Source: Vulcanimicrobiota bacterium
GTDB lineage: Bacteria; Vulcanimicrobiota; Vulcanimicrobiia; Vulcanimicrobiales; Vulcanimicrobiaceae
Direction of reading: 5' to 3'
NCBI GenBank assembly: GCA_963733295.1
Contig: CAVTCS010000006.1
Location: 1-37,936 of the forward strand
DNA length: 37,936 nucleotides
Below, in pieces: positions 36,796 through 37,936 of this stretch. A program made the translations under genes and the position numbers. Positions within the stretch are counted from its first letter, which is position 1. The number at the start of each line of letters is the position of its first letter. The notes beneath the pieces are model-generated. The model was given only the letters and a program-made list of their open reading frames with translations. It was not told the origin of the DNA and did no database searches.

Positions 36796-36951
36796 ATGGC
36801 AAACACTACCACAAACGCAAGCCCGCAGTCAAAGACAAGCGGGTCTTTTTGTGCCTGTGGCATGCAGATCTCAGCCGGCAAGCGGCGTTGTGCTCGCTGC
36901 CGTAACGTAGTCGAAGCCTTTGCGCGATCGCGTCGACGGCGCTTTCCATGA
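36796..36951 (+). CDS. 51-aa Cys-containing peptide (not in ORF track)
   Basis: AGGAG RBS; MANTTTNASPQSKTSGSFCACGMQISAGKRRCARCR...; ATGA-coupled to the ORF at 36948. Confidence 0.5.
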   Translation: MANTTTNASPQSKTSGSFCACGMQISAGKRRCARCRNVVEAFARSRRRRFP

Positions 36952-37418
36952 AGCGCTTGCTCGCCCAGCCTTCGAGCGACTTCCCCGCTTTCGTTGCCGA
37001 CGTCGGGCAGCTCTTTGCCGACGCTCGCGATCGCGACCAGCTCGCCGACGACGAGCCCTATCTCGAATACGAGCAGTGGGAGATATTCCACGAGCTTGCT
37101 CGCTATCACAACGTTTTGGACAACGCCGCCGTGCGTTCATCACTCGACCAAGTTGCAGCCGGTAGAAGGCACGCCGTGCCCGCCCGCCAGCTTGCGATCG
37201 AGTGGCGCACCAGCGTCGATCTCCAAAGGTCCGCCGCTCGTGAGGAGCTGCGGCAGAGTTTGATACCGCCTCCGGCTTCGCCGGCTGCCGTGTCAAGCGA
37301 GCCGCCACAATGCCCTCGCTGCGATCGACGGATGGTCCCCATGCTCAACAGCCGGGACGCAAGCAGCTTCTGGGGCTGCTCCGCTTTCCCCGACTGCCGA
37401 GGAAGTCGCCCCAAGTAA
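36948..37418 (+). CDS. Protein with C-terminal topoisomerase-I-type C4 zinc ribbon
   Basis: CPRCDRRMV...FWGCSAFPDCRG. Confidence 0.7.
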   Translation: MKRLLAQPSSDFPAFVADVGQLFADARDRDQLADDEPYLEYEQWEIFHELARYHNVLDNAAVRSSLDQVAAGRRHAVPARQLAIEWRTSVDLQRSAAREELRQSLIPPPASPAAVSSEPPQCPRCDRRMVPMLNSRDASSFWGCSAFPDCRGSRPK

Positions 37419-37913
37419 ACCCACAACGACGTCAACGCCGGCAAGTGCCAAAGCCGGCAAGGATGTCTTCATCACCCGAAAGGGAGCCGTTACCCGAACA
37501 GAAGGGGACACGGCTGCGGAACGAGAGGCAAGACCCACGATCCCCCGACGCCGGCGGTTTCCACGTTGGACGGGAGCAAAGCCGTCGAGTAACGCTCGAC
37601 GCGATCGTGGCCGGGAAACTGGAGAGAGTCGAATGCCGTGGGAGAGCGGCTGCGTAGAAAAACGCGAAGGGCGGCAGCAACAGGGCGTCGTCGTCTTCGT
37701 CACTGATATATCAACGACGACGAAGACAACCAAGCAAACGATTAGGAGCGAGACGCCGAATGGCGCGAGCGGAACACTCCGCCACCGCACCGAAGCATAC
37801 GCCGCCACAAAGCTCAGGGGTCGGGGCTAATACTACCAACTACCAACGCGACACCAACCACACGATCTCAGCACCGGCGCTCTGAGCCCTCGTCGGTTCC
37901 TGGCCGCCGACAA

Positions 37914-37936
37914 GCCTCGGCCCCCCAAGGGCCGCG
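37914..37936. repeat. Terminal direct repeat, right copy
   Basis: Identical to 1-23. Confidence 0.95.

Noticed and set aside
1..37936. Stop-codon reassignment or diversity-generating retroelement
   Set aside because: All three stop codons end well-supported genes; no reverse transcriptase or TR/VR pair seen

Overview
The window appears to be one complete, circularly closed ~37.9-kb genome of a high-GC tailed phage with podovirus-type architecture; bases 1-23 are identical to bases 37914-37936. The + strand (~0.2-24 kb) carries packaging, head, short-tail, DNA-ejection and lysis genes: putative TerS, a LamG-tipped fibre, TerL, portal, scaffold, major capsid, adaptor, nozzle, ejection proteins, a GH24 endolysin, holin-like proteins and a Pro-rich lipoprotein. 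The - strand (~24-36.5 kb) carries early and accessory genes. These include a ~6-kb cluster of 5 glycosyltransferase-like and 3 SAM-methyltransferase genes, a GH16 glycoside hydrolase, a Cas4-like exonuclease next to a recombination-protein locus, an XRE HTH regulator and many small ORFs. Divergent sigma70-type promoters lie at ~36.5 and ~36.7 kb. I could not recognise an integrase, polymerase, primase/helicase, tRNA or CRISPR array. Many genes are broken by 1-2 nt indels, most likely long-read or consensus errors, so some coordinates are reconstructed by eye. The best candidates for novel biology are: (i) a cytoplasmic methylated-glycan assembly cluster, possibly for virion glycosylation; (ii) a dispersed set of translationally coupled protamine-like micro-proteins missed by the ORF track; (iii) a promoter-hairpin-terminator unit behind a DUF2292-like gene in front of the head genes; (iv) single-gene cassettes bounded by direct repeats. 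All family assignments come from motif recognition by eye, not from database searches.
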